Below are positions 1 to 9,053 of a stretch of DNA of 64,000 bases, piece after piece. The DNA is from Cenarchaeum sp. (GTDB taxonomy: Archaea; Thermoproteota; Nitrososphaeria; Nitrososphaerales; Nitrosopumilaceae): positions 864,001 through 928,000 of the forward strand of contig OY843584.1 of the NCBI GenBank assembly GCA_963692915.1, in the 5' to 3' direction. Both the position numbers and the translations under genes were made by a program. A model generated the notes under the pieces. The model worked only from the letters and a program-made list of their open reading frames with translations, ran no database searches and was not told the DNA's origin. Numbering within the stretch: position 1 is the first letter of the stretch; the number at the start of each line of letters is the position of its first letter.

Positions 1-1340
1 GACGTGCCCTTGTCACCTGGCGGGCCGGGTGGGCCCGGCGGACCCGGGGGGCCAACCTCGCCCTGTCCGCCGCGCGGGCCGGGCTCTCCGGCCGGACCGG
101 CCGAACCCACCGGACCTCGCGCGCCCTGTGGACCCTGTATCCCCTGTGGGCCGTGCATGCCCTTATCACCTGGAGGGCCGGGCGGACCGCGCTCGCCTTG
201 CGGTCCCTGTGATCCCTGTGGACCCTTGTCACCGGGCAAACCCTGCATCCCGGGCTGTCCCTTCTCGCCTAGTGGGCCGGCAGAACCCTTTTCTCCAATC
301 TCGCCCTGTGGTCCGGGAATTCCGGTCAGGCCCTTCTGTCCCATCTCGCCCTGCGGGCCGGACGGACCCTTGTCGCCCGGAGTTCCCTGCGGGCCGTCCT
401 CTCCCTTGTCACCCGGAGGACCCGGCGGGCCGGTAGTCCCCTTGTCACCATGCGGACCCGGCGGGCCCTTGTCACCATGCGGACCCGGCGGGCCTTGCAG
501 ACCCTTGTCACCAGACGGGCCGCGTGCTCCCGTCTCCCCCTTTGAGCCGGGCGCACCCCGCTCTCCGGTGATCCCCTTGTCACCAATTGATCCCTGTGGA
601 CCCTTGTCGCCCTTTGAGCCCACCTGGCCCCTCGGGCCCTGGGGGCCTCTGTCGCCCGGCGAGCCGGTCGGGCCGGTCGTTCCCTTGTCGCCCGGTGGAC
701 CTGACGGACCCTTGTCGCCCTTGTCACCCTTGTCGCCGGTGAGACCCTTTGAGCCGGGCTTACCCTTCGCGCCGGGCGGTCCGGACACGCCGCGCGGTCC
801 GGGCAAACCCTGCGTTCCGGTCGGTCCGGCGCTGCCGCGCTCACCAGGAGGACCCTGCGCGCCGCGCGCGCCCTTGTCACCCAGGGGACCCGGCGCGCCG
901 CGCGCGCCCTGCTTTGCGCGCGGTTCATTGGAGCGAGGTTGCCTTTGCACATCACGTTGCCGGGGCGCCTCTGGACGGCCTCCTGGAACGGCAGCCTCAA
1001 AGACTGTGCATTCGCCAGAAAAGACGTCGTTTACAACAACCCAGACCGAGCCGAGCCCAAACACAGAGTCCGGAATCGGCCGCTGACCATCGCCTCCCAG
1101 CGAGACGGCAAACTCGCCGTCCTTTACCTTCAGGTGGAAATCAGAAGACCACAAGGCATCAAATGACCTTGAGGAGGCCGATGCGGCATCTGGTCTCTCG
1201 CCGACGAGTGATATGGCGGCCTCAAATACGCCCGAGCCGGCAAACGGTGAGCGTCCTCCCACGTCCAGCGTCCTGATCCGGTCCGGCATGGATCGCAGCT
1301 CAGATGCCAAGTATTTTTGTATTTTGTCATGTGTGGGCAC
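1..1340 (-). CDS. Collagen-like (Gly-X-Y repeat) protein, partial (3' end runs off window start)
   Basis: Minus-strand frame absent from the ORF track (no stop inside the window): GTG 1340 [29 protein letters not shown]..., then from ~910 Gly-X-Y repeats ([25 protein letters not shown]...) to the edge. Alternative in-frame starts TTG 1310, ATG 1289. The Pro-periodic + ORF 4..1086 is its antisense shadow. Confidence 0.9.
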   Translation of the reverse strand, partial: MPTHDKIQKYLASELRSMPDRIRTLDVGGRSPFAGSGVFEAAISLVGERPDAASASSRSFDALWSSDFHLKVKDGEFAVSLGGDGQRPIPDSVFGLGSVWVVVNDVFSGECTVFEAAVPGGRPEAPRQRDVQRQPRSNEPRAKQGARGAPGPLGDKGARGAQGPPGERGSAGPTGTQGLPGPRGVSGPPGAKGKPGSKGLTGDKGDKGDKGPSGPPGDKGTTGPTGSPGDRGPQGPRGQVGSKGDKGPQGSIGDKGITGERGAPGSKGETGARGPSGDKGLQGPPGPHGDKGPPGPHGDKGTTGPPGPPGDKGEDGPQGTPGDKGPSGPQGEMGQKGLTGIPGPQGEIGEKGSAGPLGEKGQPGMQGLPGDKGPQGSQGPQGERGPPGPPGDKGMHGPQGIQGPQGARGPVGSAGPAGEPGPRGGQGEVGPPGPPGPPGPPGDKGT

Positions 1341-1342
1341 GG
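1327..1342. repeat. Left copy of 16-bp target-site duplication TCATGTGTGGGCACGG
   Basis: Exact match to 2435-2450, each copy abutting a terminal inverted repeat. Confidence 0.93.
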
Positions 1343-2434
1343 TGTTTTATACGAAAAGTAGTAGACTCACTCATTCGAGTCCACCTCCATCCACCTCGGG
1401 TTCTCCGCCCGGACCCGCCCGTCGGCCCTGCGCCTCCTGTAGGCCAGCAGGGGCGTCTCGCCGCCCTTGATGTCCAGGGCGAAGTGGAGGCGCCTCTCGT
1501 TGTAGTACGCGATGAACTCGGGGACCCCGCCAAAGTGGCCGATCTCCGTCTCGAGCGTCTGGAAGAACCTCTCGACCTTGCCGTTGGTCTGGGGGTGGCG
1601 GACGCGCGCCATGAGGTGCGCTATGTCGCGGTCCAGCAGCTCCCGCTCGAAGAGCGTCGGCGTCCAGCTGCGGCTCGGCGTGCCGCGCCGGCTTGCCGTG
1701 AACTGCGTGCCGTGGTCCGAGAGGATCTGCGCCGGCGCGCCAAACATCCTGATCGCCTTTCGCAGCGCAAGCACGGAGTTTTCCGACGTGGCCTCGGCGA
1801 ACACGCCAAAGCCCGTGACGCACCGCGACGCGTCGTCGAGGAACACTATGAGGTGCGAGCCCGCAAGTGGCCCGTATTTCATTATGTGCCAGTCCACGTG
1901 CCACAGCGCGCCGGAGTGCGCGCGCTCGAACCTGACCCACTTTCGCCTGCGCGACTTCGCCCGCGACCTCGTGACGAGCCCCTCCGCCAGCATGATGCGG
2001 TACACCGACCAGTACGTTATTTTTGAGTTGTTGCCGCGCAGCCCCTCGGCCACGCGCACGACGCCGGCCGGCCGGTCGGCGTGCTCGCCGAGGACCTCGG
2101 CCACCTCGCCGTCGGTGACGTCCCTGCGCGGCCTTCCCATCGGCCGCGGCTCCGGCGGCGCGCCGGTGCGCCGGCAGTGCGCGCGAAGCCTGTACGACCA
2201 CGCCCTGGAGATCCCCAGCTCGCGCGCCACCTCCTCGGCGCTCCGCGTCGCCAGCGTCCTGGCCACGTACCGGAGCGCCCTGTCGTCAAGCCTCCTGACC
2301 GGCATGGCGCGCCGGCGGCGGAGCCCCCCAAACGTATGTTTCGGCAGCCTGCCGGATCCCGGGGCGCCCCCGGGGCTCCCGGATCTGCGCCCGGCAAGCA
2401 TTCCTGCCCAGTCTACTACTTTTCGTACAAGGCA
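1343..2434 (-). mobile_element. IS481-like insertion sequence, 1,092 bp
   Basis: 25-bp imperfect terminal inverted repeats (1343-1367 TGTTTTATACGAAAAGTAGTAGACT; 2410-2434 reverse complement TGCCTTGTACGAAAAGTAGTAGACT) flanked by identical 16-bp direct repeats; encloses a DDE transposase. Confidence 0.93.
1367..2305 (-). CDS. IS481-family DDE transposase (HTH + integrase core)
   Basis: N-terminal HTH (AEEVARELGISRAWSYRL); WHVDW, LDDASR, ILSDHGTQF, HPQTNGKVERFFQTL, YYNERRLH motifs. Start taken at ATG 2305 (MPVRRL). Confidence 0.93.
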   Translation of the reverse strand: MPVRRLDDRALRYVARTLATRSAEEVARELGISRAWSYRLRAHCRRTGAPPEPRPMGRPRRDVTDGEVAEVLGEHADRPAGVVRVAEGLRGNNSKITYWSVYRIMLAEGLVTRSRAKSRRRKWVRFERAHSGALWHVDWHIMKYGPLAGSHLIVFLDDASRCVTGFGVFAEATSENSVLALRKAIRMFGAPAQILSDHGTQFTASRRGTPSRSWTPTLFERELLDRDIAHLMARVRHPQTNGKVERFFQTLETEIGHFGGVPEFIAYYNERRLHFALDIKGGETPLLAYRRRRADGRVRAENPRWMEVDSNE

Positions 2435-2450
2435 TCATGTGTGGGCACGG
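2435..2450. repeat. Right copy of 16-bp target-site duplication
   Basis: Exact match to 1327-1342. Confidence 0.93.
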
Positions 2451-2518
2451 GGGCACGGCGCGCAGGCGTGGCTGGTGGGCAGCTCCTAGAATGGTATTTA
2501 TCTAGAAACGTGCTGCCA

Positions 2519-3625
2519 ATGCCCAACATGAAGCGCAAGGAGGGCGAGAAGGGCGATGTGCCGGCACGGCGCGGCGAGGATGGTCTCGCAAAGCCGGACT
2601 ATCAGCTCCAGAAATACCTCAAAAAGGGCATAAACTGCATGGCCGACGATAGGCTCGATGAGGCCGTCGCGCATTTTGAGCGGGCCCTAGCCTTTGAGCC
2701 CGGCAACGTGGAGGTCCTGCTAAAGCTAGGGTACGCGCGGTTCCACATGGACGACCACGCCGAGGCGATGCGCGTGTATGACCGCGTGCTTGACATTGAC
2801 GTCGCCAACGCCGAGGCATGGAACCTAAAGTCCCTCATACACTATGGTCAAAAGAACTATGCGCGCGCACTAGACAGCGTCGAGAAGGCGATCGACTCTG
2901 ATCCAAAGTTCGGCATGGCTCGCTACAACAGGGCGTGCTACCTGTCGATGTTGGGCAGGGTGACTGAGTCGATCGAGGCGCTAAAGCGCTCCATAGAGGT
3001 CGACGTAAAGAACGCACGGCGCGCAGTCAAGGACAGGGACTTTCAGAATGTGCGCATCGAGGACGGCTTTAAGAGGATAATAGAGGTCGTCGTCCTCGAG
3101 TCCGTGAGGCAGGGATACCACACGATAGGCGCAATAGTGTGGACAACGTTTCTGGACAGGGTCGACGCCGAGGAGGCCCTGCGCAACCTGATGCAAAAGG
3201 GCCTGCTCACAATGCATGAGAGGCGTGATGGCTTTCACAAGATACCCACGTATGACCTCGCCGACACGGTCGCAAAAAAGCTGCCTCCGATCAAGCGCGG
3301 ACTCTTTGGGATCAAAAAGTCATCACCCGCCGAGGTCGGTGGCCTCAAGAGGCTGAGCAGCGCAATACAGGATGTCAAGGTGAGCATCGGCGAGGAGGAT
3401 GTACCAGCAACGCTTGAGAACCTCGAGCAGTTCATCGACCCAAAGAGGTGCGGCGAGCACATGATCGAGAACTTTTTGGAGGAGCATCGTGAGATGCGCC
3501 TGTGGAAGGTGAGGCTAGCTGACGGGTCAGTGGACTTTTTGCGCGACAACAAGAAAAAGATGATGACGATGCTAGAGAACGTAGAGGCCTCGGTGACAAA
3601 GCAGCTTCGCAACGAGGTCGGCTAG
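2519..3625 (+). CDS. Tetratricopeptide repeat protein
   Basis: TPR-like helices (EAVAHFERALAFEPGN, AEAWNLKS, ARYNRACYLS); start at ATG 2519 ~20 nt after TATTTAT; upstream part of the listed ORF lies inside the IS. Confidence 0.85.
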   Translation: MPNMKRKEGEKGDVPARRGEDGLAKPDYQLQKYLKKGINCMADDRLDEAVAHFERALAFEPGNVEVLLKLGYARFHMDDHAEAMRVYDRVLDIDVANAEAWNLKSLIHYGQKNYARALDSVEKAIDSDPKFGMARYNRACYLSMLGRVTESIEALKRSIEVDVKNARRAVKDRDFQNVRIEDGFKRIIEVVVLESVRQGYHTIGAIVWTTFLDRVDAEEALRNLMQKGLLTMHERRDGFHKIPTYDLADTVAKKLPPIKRGLFGIKKSSPAEVGGLKRLSSAIQDVKVSIGEEDVPATLENLEQFIDPKRCGEHMIENFLEEHREMRLWKVRLADGSVDFLRDNKKKMMTMLENVEASVTKQLRNEVG

Positions 3626-3635
3626 GCCGCGTGTG

Positions 3636-4448
3636 CTACTCGGCTGACAGATCCCAATAGTTTGCGTCAGCCTGCGTCTCTAGTGGCTTTTTGAGACCCT
3701 TCCACTCCCTAAATGAGCGCACATAGAGGCGCACGTTTGGCATTCCGGCCGAGCGCAGCGCGCAGTAGGCCAGGCCCGAGAGCGTCCCAACGCTGCCGCA
3801 GTACGTGATGACCTCAGCGCCCTGGCGTATGCCACGATTCTCAAGGAGGCGCGCGATCTCCTCGCGCGGGCGCAGGACGCTGCCCTCGGCGCCCAGCGTC
3901 CTGTAGGGTATGTTGATCGCGCCGGGGATGTGGTTCTCTAGATAGTTGAGGCGTTCCCTGTTGTCGACTAGGACGACATCGCCGCGCGAGGCCGCATCCT
4001 CGAGGTATGCTGCCGTGGCGAGCGTCTCAGGACGCGGACTGACTGTGTGCGTCGAGGCCTCCACGCCATGGGTGTCAGTTGAAACCTCGAGTCCGCGCGA
4101 CTCCCACTGCGAGTATGTCGAGTCAAGGAGCGCAACGTTCCTGTGTCCAATGTGCTCTAGTGACCACACGAGTCGCGAGGCGAGCGCCCCAAACGTGTCA
4201 TCATAGGCGACGACGCGCGTAGAGTCCCCAATGCCGGCCTGTGCTGCAAGGCGCGCAACAGAGGAGTCACTGTCATCTGCCAAGAGCTCGGAGAGCGGCA
4301 GGTTTACGGCCGACGGGATGTGCCCTCGCGCATACTCTTCGGGCTTTCTGACGTCAATAACACGCGTCTGCCCGTCGCGCAGCTCCCCAGACAGGCAATC
4401 AGCGCTAGTGAGCATGCCTCCGGCGGCGTCCGGCTCGGCGCCGCTCAT
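3636..4448 (-). CDS. Two-domain rhodanese / thiosulfate sulfurtransferase
   Basis: DVRKPEEYARGHIPSAVNL, HIPGAINIP, active-site YCGSVG; ATGA overlap with upstream reductase. Confidence 0.9.
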   Translation of the reverse strand: MSGAEPDAAGGMLTSADCLSGELRDGQTRVIDVRKPEEYARGHIPSAVNLPLSELLADDSDSSVARLAAQAGIGDSTRVVAYDDTFGALASRLVWSLEHIGHRNVALLDSTYSQWESRGLEVSTDTHGVEASTHTVSPRPETLATAAYLEDAASRGDVVLVDNRERLNYLENHIPGAINIPYRTLGAEGSVLRPREEIARLLENRGIRQGAEVITYCGSVGTLSGLAYCALRSAGMPNVRLYVRSFREWKGLKKPLETQADANYWDLSAE

Positions 4449-6262
4449 GCGGCGCACTCGCCCCTTCCGGTCTTTGTGTGGTAGCCGCCGTCGCTCCCAT
4501 AGTCACTGAAAAAGTCCGCGTCATCTGACTGCGAGGGGGCCGTGGCGAGGTGCGCTAGTGCTGACTTTATGTCCTGGACAGATGAGAGTTTTGTTGCAGA
4601 CGCGCCAGAGACGATCTTGTGGATCCAGTCCCTAAAGAGGTCACCGTCCTGCCTGTCCTTTTTGTACATGTCAATGAGCTCAAGGAGCGCAGGAATGACG
4701 CGCTTTGCGGGCATGCGCATGCACATGGTGCCGAGCATCGTCTCTCCGTCAGAGCGGCCGCCAAGGGACATCTGGTACACCGGATACATGTCGCCTCCGG
4801 AGCGCGCGCCGCCGCCATAAAACCCGACTGTGGCTATGCCGTGCTGGCCACACGAGTTTGGGCAGCCGCTGATCTTTATCGACGAGCCCCGCAGGTCGGC
4901 ATCCTCGTCGAGGCCGGCCTCGGTGAACTTGCGCTGTATCTCCTTTGCGAGCCTGTGCGAGTTGGTCAGCGCGAGGTTGCACGAGGTCGTGCCCGAGCAC
5001 CCAATGGGCGCGGCCATAGTCAGCGAGCCCGGCCTTGCGAGGCCAGCCTCGAGGAGGTCGCCGTAGAGCGCGGTGAGGCCGTCCTCGCGCACGTAGCGGA
5101 GGGCAATGTTCTGCGTAAAGCCTATGCGCGCAAGTCCCTCGCCAGAGTGCGTGCGGCATATCTGCGCTAGCGCACGAAGCTGGCTTGCCGTTATGTCGCC
5201 GGCCTCGAGCGCAATAAAGACAGAGCGGAACCCGTCTTGCTTTTGCGCGCACGTGCACGTGCGCAGCCACCGCGCATACCCTTCAGGTGCGGCGCCGGCG
5301 GGCTCATCAGATACGCAAAGGCGCGGGATGACCTCATCGGGCTTGAGGTCGACGTCAAATCCCACCGTGACGGACTGTGTCGCGCGCATTATCGCGCGCT
5401 CTTTTAGGACAAGGCCCCTAAAGGCGTCCCAGCCCATGTCGTTGACAAGGTATCGCATGCGGTTCCTCGCGAGGTTCTTCCTGTCCCCAAGCCTGTCAAA
5501 TATGCGAAGGACCGCAAGTGACGTGTAGATGAGATCCTCCTGTGGCGTAAAGTCCTCAAGCTCGTGGCCAACAAATGACTTGTTGCCCAGTCCGCCACCG
5601 AGAAATATCTTGAATCCGCGCCGTTCCTCGCCGTTTTCATGGCGAACCTGCGGGAGGACGCCGACGTCGACCATTCGGACCATCCCGTGCTCCTCGCAGC
5701 ACGTAAAGTTGAACTTGAACTTGCGCGGCAGGTTTTGGTTCATCGGGTTTCGCAGGAGGAACTTTGCCGTCGCTAGCGCGTATGGCGTCGCGTCAAACGC
5801 CTCTGTGCCGCACACGCCGGAGAGCGGGCTGCACATCACATTGCGAACCGTGTTGCCGCACGCCTCGCGCGACGTGAGGCCGACTTCTGCGAGGCCACGA
5901 AATATCTCCGAGACGTCCTCGAGTATGACCCAGTGGAGCTGCACGTTCTCGCGAGTCGATACGTGTGCGCTGCCTATCGAAAATCGCTCGCTGAGCTGGG
6001 CCATCTTTTCAAGCTGTGCGGGCAGTATCTTGCCGGCCGGCACCTTTATGCGGACCATCGCATAGTCAGACGTCATGCGCGTGCCGTATGCGCCATGCTG
6101 CAGGCGAAACCTGCGAAAGCTGTCCGCGTCGTACTTGCCCTGCCTGAAGAGCCTCACCGTGCGCGAAAAGCTCTCCGTCTCCTCCTCGCGCGCCCAGTTG
6201 ATCCCCGGCTCGGGGTCGGCTACCTTTTGCGTTTGCTGCGGCTTCAACTGGCTTGATTGCAT
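4445..6262 (-). CDS. Ferredoxin-dependent sulfite/nitrite reductase (siroheme, 4Fe-4S)
   Basis: STRENVQLH, ACGNTVRN, LPRKFK, CSGTTSCNLA and SGCPNSCGQH siroheme/Fe-S motifs. Confidence 0.92.
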   Translation of the reverse strand: MQSSQLKPQQTQKVADPEPGINWAREEETESFSRTVRLFRQGKYDADSFRRFRLQHGAYGTRMTSDYAMVRIKVPAGKILPAQLEKMAQLSERFSIGSAHVSTRENVQLHWVILEDVSEIFRGLAEVGLTSREACGNTVRNVMCSPLSGVCGTEAFDATPYALATAKFLLRNPMNQNLPRKFKFNFTCCEEHGMVRMVDVGVLPQVRHENGEERRGFKIFLGGGLGNKSFVGHELEDFTPQEDLIYTSLAVLRIFDRLGDRKNLARNRMRYLVNDMGWDAFRGLVLKERAIMRATQSVTVGFDVDLKPDEVIPRLCVSDEPAGAAPEGYARWLRTCTCAQKQDGFRSVFIALEAGDITASQLRALAQICRTHSGEGLARIGFTQNIALRYVREDGLTALYGDLLEAGLARPGSLTMAAPIGCSGTTSCNLALTNSHRLAKEIQRKFTEAGLDEDADLRGSSIKISGCPNSCGQHGIATVGFYGGGARSGGDMYPVYQMSLGGRSDGETMLGTMCMRMPAKRVIPALLELIDMYKKDRQDGDLFRDWIHKIVSGASATKLSSVQDIKSALAHLATAPSQSDDADFFSDYGSDGGYHTKTGRGECAA

Positions 6263-6466
6263 GAGGTTTGAATATAAGCTTAAGCGTCATGGCAGCCATT
6301 CCACACGCGTGCAAGGCCACAGGCCGAGGCCATGCCTGCAGGCGCATCATCGGCGATCGACGCGCGCGAGGCGTGTGTGGGGCCAGTGCCCTCTTGACCC
6401 ATTTTGGTCAGATTGGCGCAATGTGGCATGAAGGCTTTTAACACACCACGCCAACGCCTGATCCAT

Positions 6467-7483
6467 ATGGGCTTTATGCGCAAGGACTATGTGTCCGACC
6501 GCCTCACGATAGTGGCAAAAAGGGAAAAGCGCGCAGCCGATCCAAAAAAGTCCCCACATGCGCCAGGCAACGAGTCGATGACCAACCCGTCGGTCCTCTC
6601 GCTAGTCTCCAAGGACGGCATGCTCCAGAGGCTGCAGGACAGTGAGGGCGAGTACATCAAGGGGTGGACCATACGCGTATTTGAGAGCGACAACCCAATA
6701 GTCACGACAACGCCGGAGAACACGTACGGCGAGTTTCCGCACTACAAGGAGCCCGCATACGGGTACCACTATGTCGTTATCGCCTCGCCAAACCACAAGG
6801 AGTCACTCTCGACGATAAGCGTGGAGCAGTGGTCAAACGTGCTCATCGTGGTTCAGGACCGCCTGCGATGGCTCTACACGCAAAAGGGCGTCACGTATGT
6901 GGCCATATATGCAAGCCATGCAAACGATGAGGACTCGCAAAAGGATCACCCGCGCCTCGACATTGCGACATTCTCGACGATACCCCCAGTAATTGAGAAA
7001 GAGTCGGCGATCTCGCACCGCATACTCAGCGAGCGCGGCGTGTGTCCAATGTGCCACACTGTTGAGGTCGAGGCCGGCGGACCGCGTCAGGTCCTGCAGA
7101 CTGAGGGGTTCGTCGCACTGTGCCCATGGGCACCGGCACACGAGTACGAATACTGGATATGCCCAAAAAAGCACACAACTTCATTCTCAAAGATAACGCA
7201 CAAGGAGATAAATGACCTTGCCCTAATGCTGCGCGCCACGCTCGGTGGGCTCTGCGAGACCCTAAAGGGTGTGTCATTTGGCATTGCGTTCCATCTGTCA
7301 CCGGAAAAAAAGAACAGCAAGCAGATACACTGGCATGTCGAGGTCTATCCCGTCAAGGGCGAGGTGACCGGCCTCGAGCACGGGTATGGGATACACCTAA
7401 ACCCCACGTCTCCGGAGGATGCGGCCGCCAACCTCGGAGAGGCAAGCAGAAAGGAGATTGCGCGCCTAGTCGGGATAGTGTAG
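6467..7483 (+). CDS. Galactose-1-phosphate uridylyltransferase (GalT/HIT)-like protein
   Basis: MRKDYVSDR start, GYHYVVIASPNH, CPMC, HWHVEVYP; canonical HxHxQ motif looks degenerate (HPRLD). Confidence 0.75.
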   Translation: MGFMRKDYVSDRLTIVAKREKRAADPKKSPHAPGNESMTNPSVLSLVSKDGMLQRLQDSEGEYIKGWTIRVFESDNPIVTTTPENTYGEFPHYKEPAYGYHYVVIASPNHKESLSTISVEQWSNVLIVVQDRLRWLYTQKGVTYVAIYASHANDEDSQKDHPRLDIATFSTIPPVIEKESAISHRILSERGVCPMCHTVEVEAGGPRQVLQTEGFVALCPWAPAHEYEYWICPKKHTTSFSKITHKEINDLALMLRATLGGLCETLKGVSFGIAFHLSPEKKNSKQIHWHVEVYPVKGEVTGLEHGYGIHLNPTSPEDAAANLGEASRKEIARLVGIV

Positions 7484-7487
7484 CGTC

Positions 7488-7940
7488 GTGGGAATAGAGA
7501 GGTACATTGCAGCTGCCGGCATGGGACTCTTTGCCATGTTTGCCGCCGAGATCTGTGTGCTCTATGACTTTTTACAGGATCCCTACCGCACAATCGAGGC
7601 AGCGCCAAAGATACTCCAGTTCATCTCAATCGGCGTTGCGCCTGCGTCGATTCTTGCGGCAGTCTCGTATATCATGACAAGGAGGTACGGCTCGAGGCCA
7701 ATAGGCATGATGATCTGCATCGGCGGGGTCGCGATGATGGCCGGCATGGCATACGCGCACACGCTAGTCGCCGGCATCGGCGCTGATCACCTCAATGCCA
7801 CAGTAGAGTACACGCCGATCATCTTTGCGATCCTGTCGATTCCCGTGATCGTCGTGGGCGCCTCGCTCATGCGCGAAAAGCCGAAGCCGAAGCGGCACTC
7901 TAGTCTAGATCACACCTCATGGACACAGAGTGACGACTGA
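7488..7940 (+). CDS. Hypothetical membrane protein (~4 TM)
   Basis: Four hydrophobic segments; follows previous gene by 4 nt. Confidence 0.7.
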   Translation: MGIERYIAAAGMGLFAMFAAEICVLYDFLQDPYRTIEAAPKILQFISIGVAPASILAAVSYIMTRRYGSRPIGMMICIGGVAMMAGMAYAHTLVAGIGADHLNATVEYTPIIFAILSIPVIVVGASLMREKPKPKRHSSLDHTSWTQSDD

Positions 7941-8343
7941 GTCCAAGGCCCTCATAGAACGGCACGAGGTCATCAGAGCACTCGAGGACGACCTTGTAGC
8001 AGCCGGCGCGGCGCGCCTCGGCGATCGCCGCGCGAACCAGGGCGCCCCCGATGCCATCACGCTGGTGGCCCTTGCGAACCGCGACGTCCTCGATGTGGCC
8101 CACAAGGCCCCCGTCATGGATGAACTTGCGCTCGATGAGGAGCGTCACGGTCCCGACTATGCGGCCGTCGCGCTCGGCCACAAGTGTCGTGTGGCCGTCG
8201 TTGGCCTCTATGGCGTCCATGACACGCATGGCAGTCTCCCTGTCCATGCCGCTAGCGCTGCGCAGCGAGTCAAGTGACTCAAGGAACCCTGCGCCAAGGT
8301 CAGCACGTCTCAGCGGCCTTATCACGGGATCCATGGCGCTCAT
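7900..8343 (-). CDS. GNAT acetyltransferase, glucosamine-6-phosphate N-acetyltransferase-like
   Basis: IERKFIHDGGLVGHIEDVAV, QRDGIG, GCYKVVLEC. Confidence 0.88.
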   Translation of the reverse strand: MSAMDPVIRPLRRADLGAGFLESLDSLRSASGMDRETAMRVMDAIEANDGHTTLVAERDGRIVGTVTLLIERKFIHDGGLVGHIEDVAVRKGHQRDGIGGALVRAAIAEARRAGCYKVVLECSDDLVPFYEGLGLSRHSVSMRCDLD

Positions 8344-9035
8344 GCGTCCTGCCCCCCAAGGCGGGCCTGTGCGCGCTCATAGGAGGCAATGTCGCCAATG
8401 TCGACAAACTCGCCGCGCGCGCGGTACTCGCGCACGCGCATGCCGCGAGCAATGGCGCGTCTCACGGCCGCATCCATTCCGAGTGCGCGATTTGGCGGGA
8501 TGAGCGCAAGGACTGCCGGCTCGATGACATAGCAGCCGACGTTTATGAGCGACTCGATACGCGGCTTTTCGTCCCATGATGTCACCGTGCCGGCGCGCGT
8601 CGCAGTAATGACGCCATACGGGACTGTCGTTGTGTGCATGTGCGTGGCGATAGTCATTGCCGGACGCGTGCGCACGTGCTGCCTGACCATGGCACGAAGC
8701 GAGTGGCCAAATATCGAGTCGCCATACATGCACACAAACGCAGAGTCTAGGAGGCCACTTGCGGCACGAAGCTGTCCGGCAGTCGCCATTGGCCGAGGCG
8801 TTGCGGCGTACTCGATGCGCACGCCAAAGTCTGACCCATCGCCAAAGTGGCCCTCGATCGACTCGCGGAGGTGACTCACGCAGAGCACGATGTCCCGTAT
8901 GCCGGCCTTGCGTGTCCACTCAACGAGGTGCTCTAGTATTGGACGGCCGGCAAGCGGGAGCATCGGCTTTGGCGTTGTTGTCGTGTATGAGCCCATGCGC
9001 TCCCCGAGCCCGCCTGCAAGCATCACGGCCTTCAT
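8340..9035 (-). CDS. Sugar-phosphate nucleotidyltransferase
   Basis: KAVMLAGGLGERM, PKPMLPLAGRPILEH, INVGCYV, FVDIG. Confidence 0.9.
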   Translation of the reverse strand: MKAVMLAGGLGERMGSYTTTTPKPMLPLAGRPILEHLVEWTRKAGIRDIVLCVSHLRESIEGHFGDGSDFGVRIEYAATPRPMATAGQLRAASGLLDSAFVCMYGDSIFGHSLRAMVRQHVRTRPAMTIATHMHTTTVPYGVITATRAGTVTSWDEKPRIESLINVGCYVIEPAVLALIPPNRALGMDAAVRRAIARGMRVREYRARGEFVDIGDIASYERAQARLGGQDA

Positions 9036-9053
9036 GCATGAGCGTGTCGGCGC

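Noticed and set aside
4-1086. 360-aa Pro/Gly-rich plus-strand ORF
   Set aside because: Antisense shadow of the Gly-X-Y gene; Pro periodicity comes from GGN codons on the minus strand.
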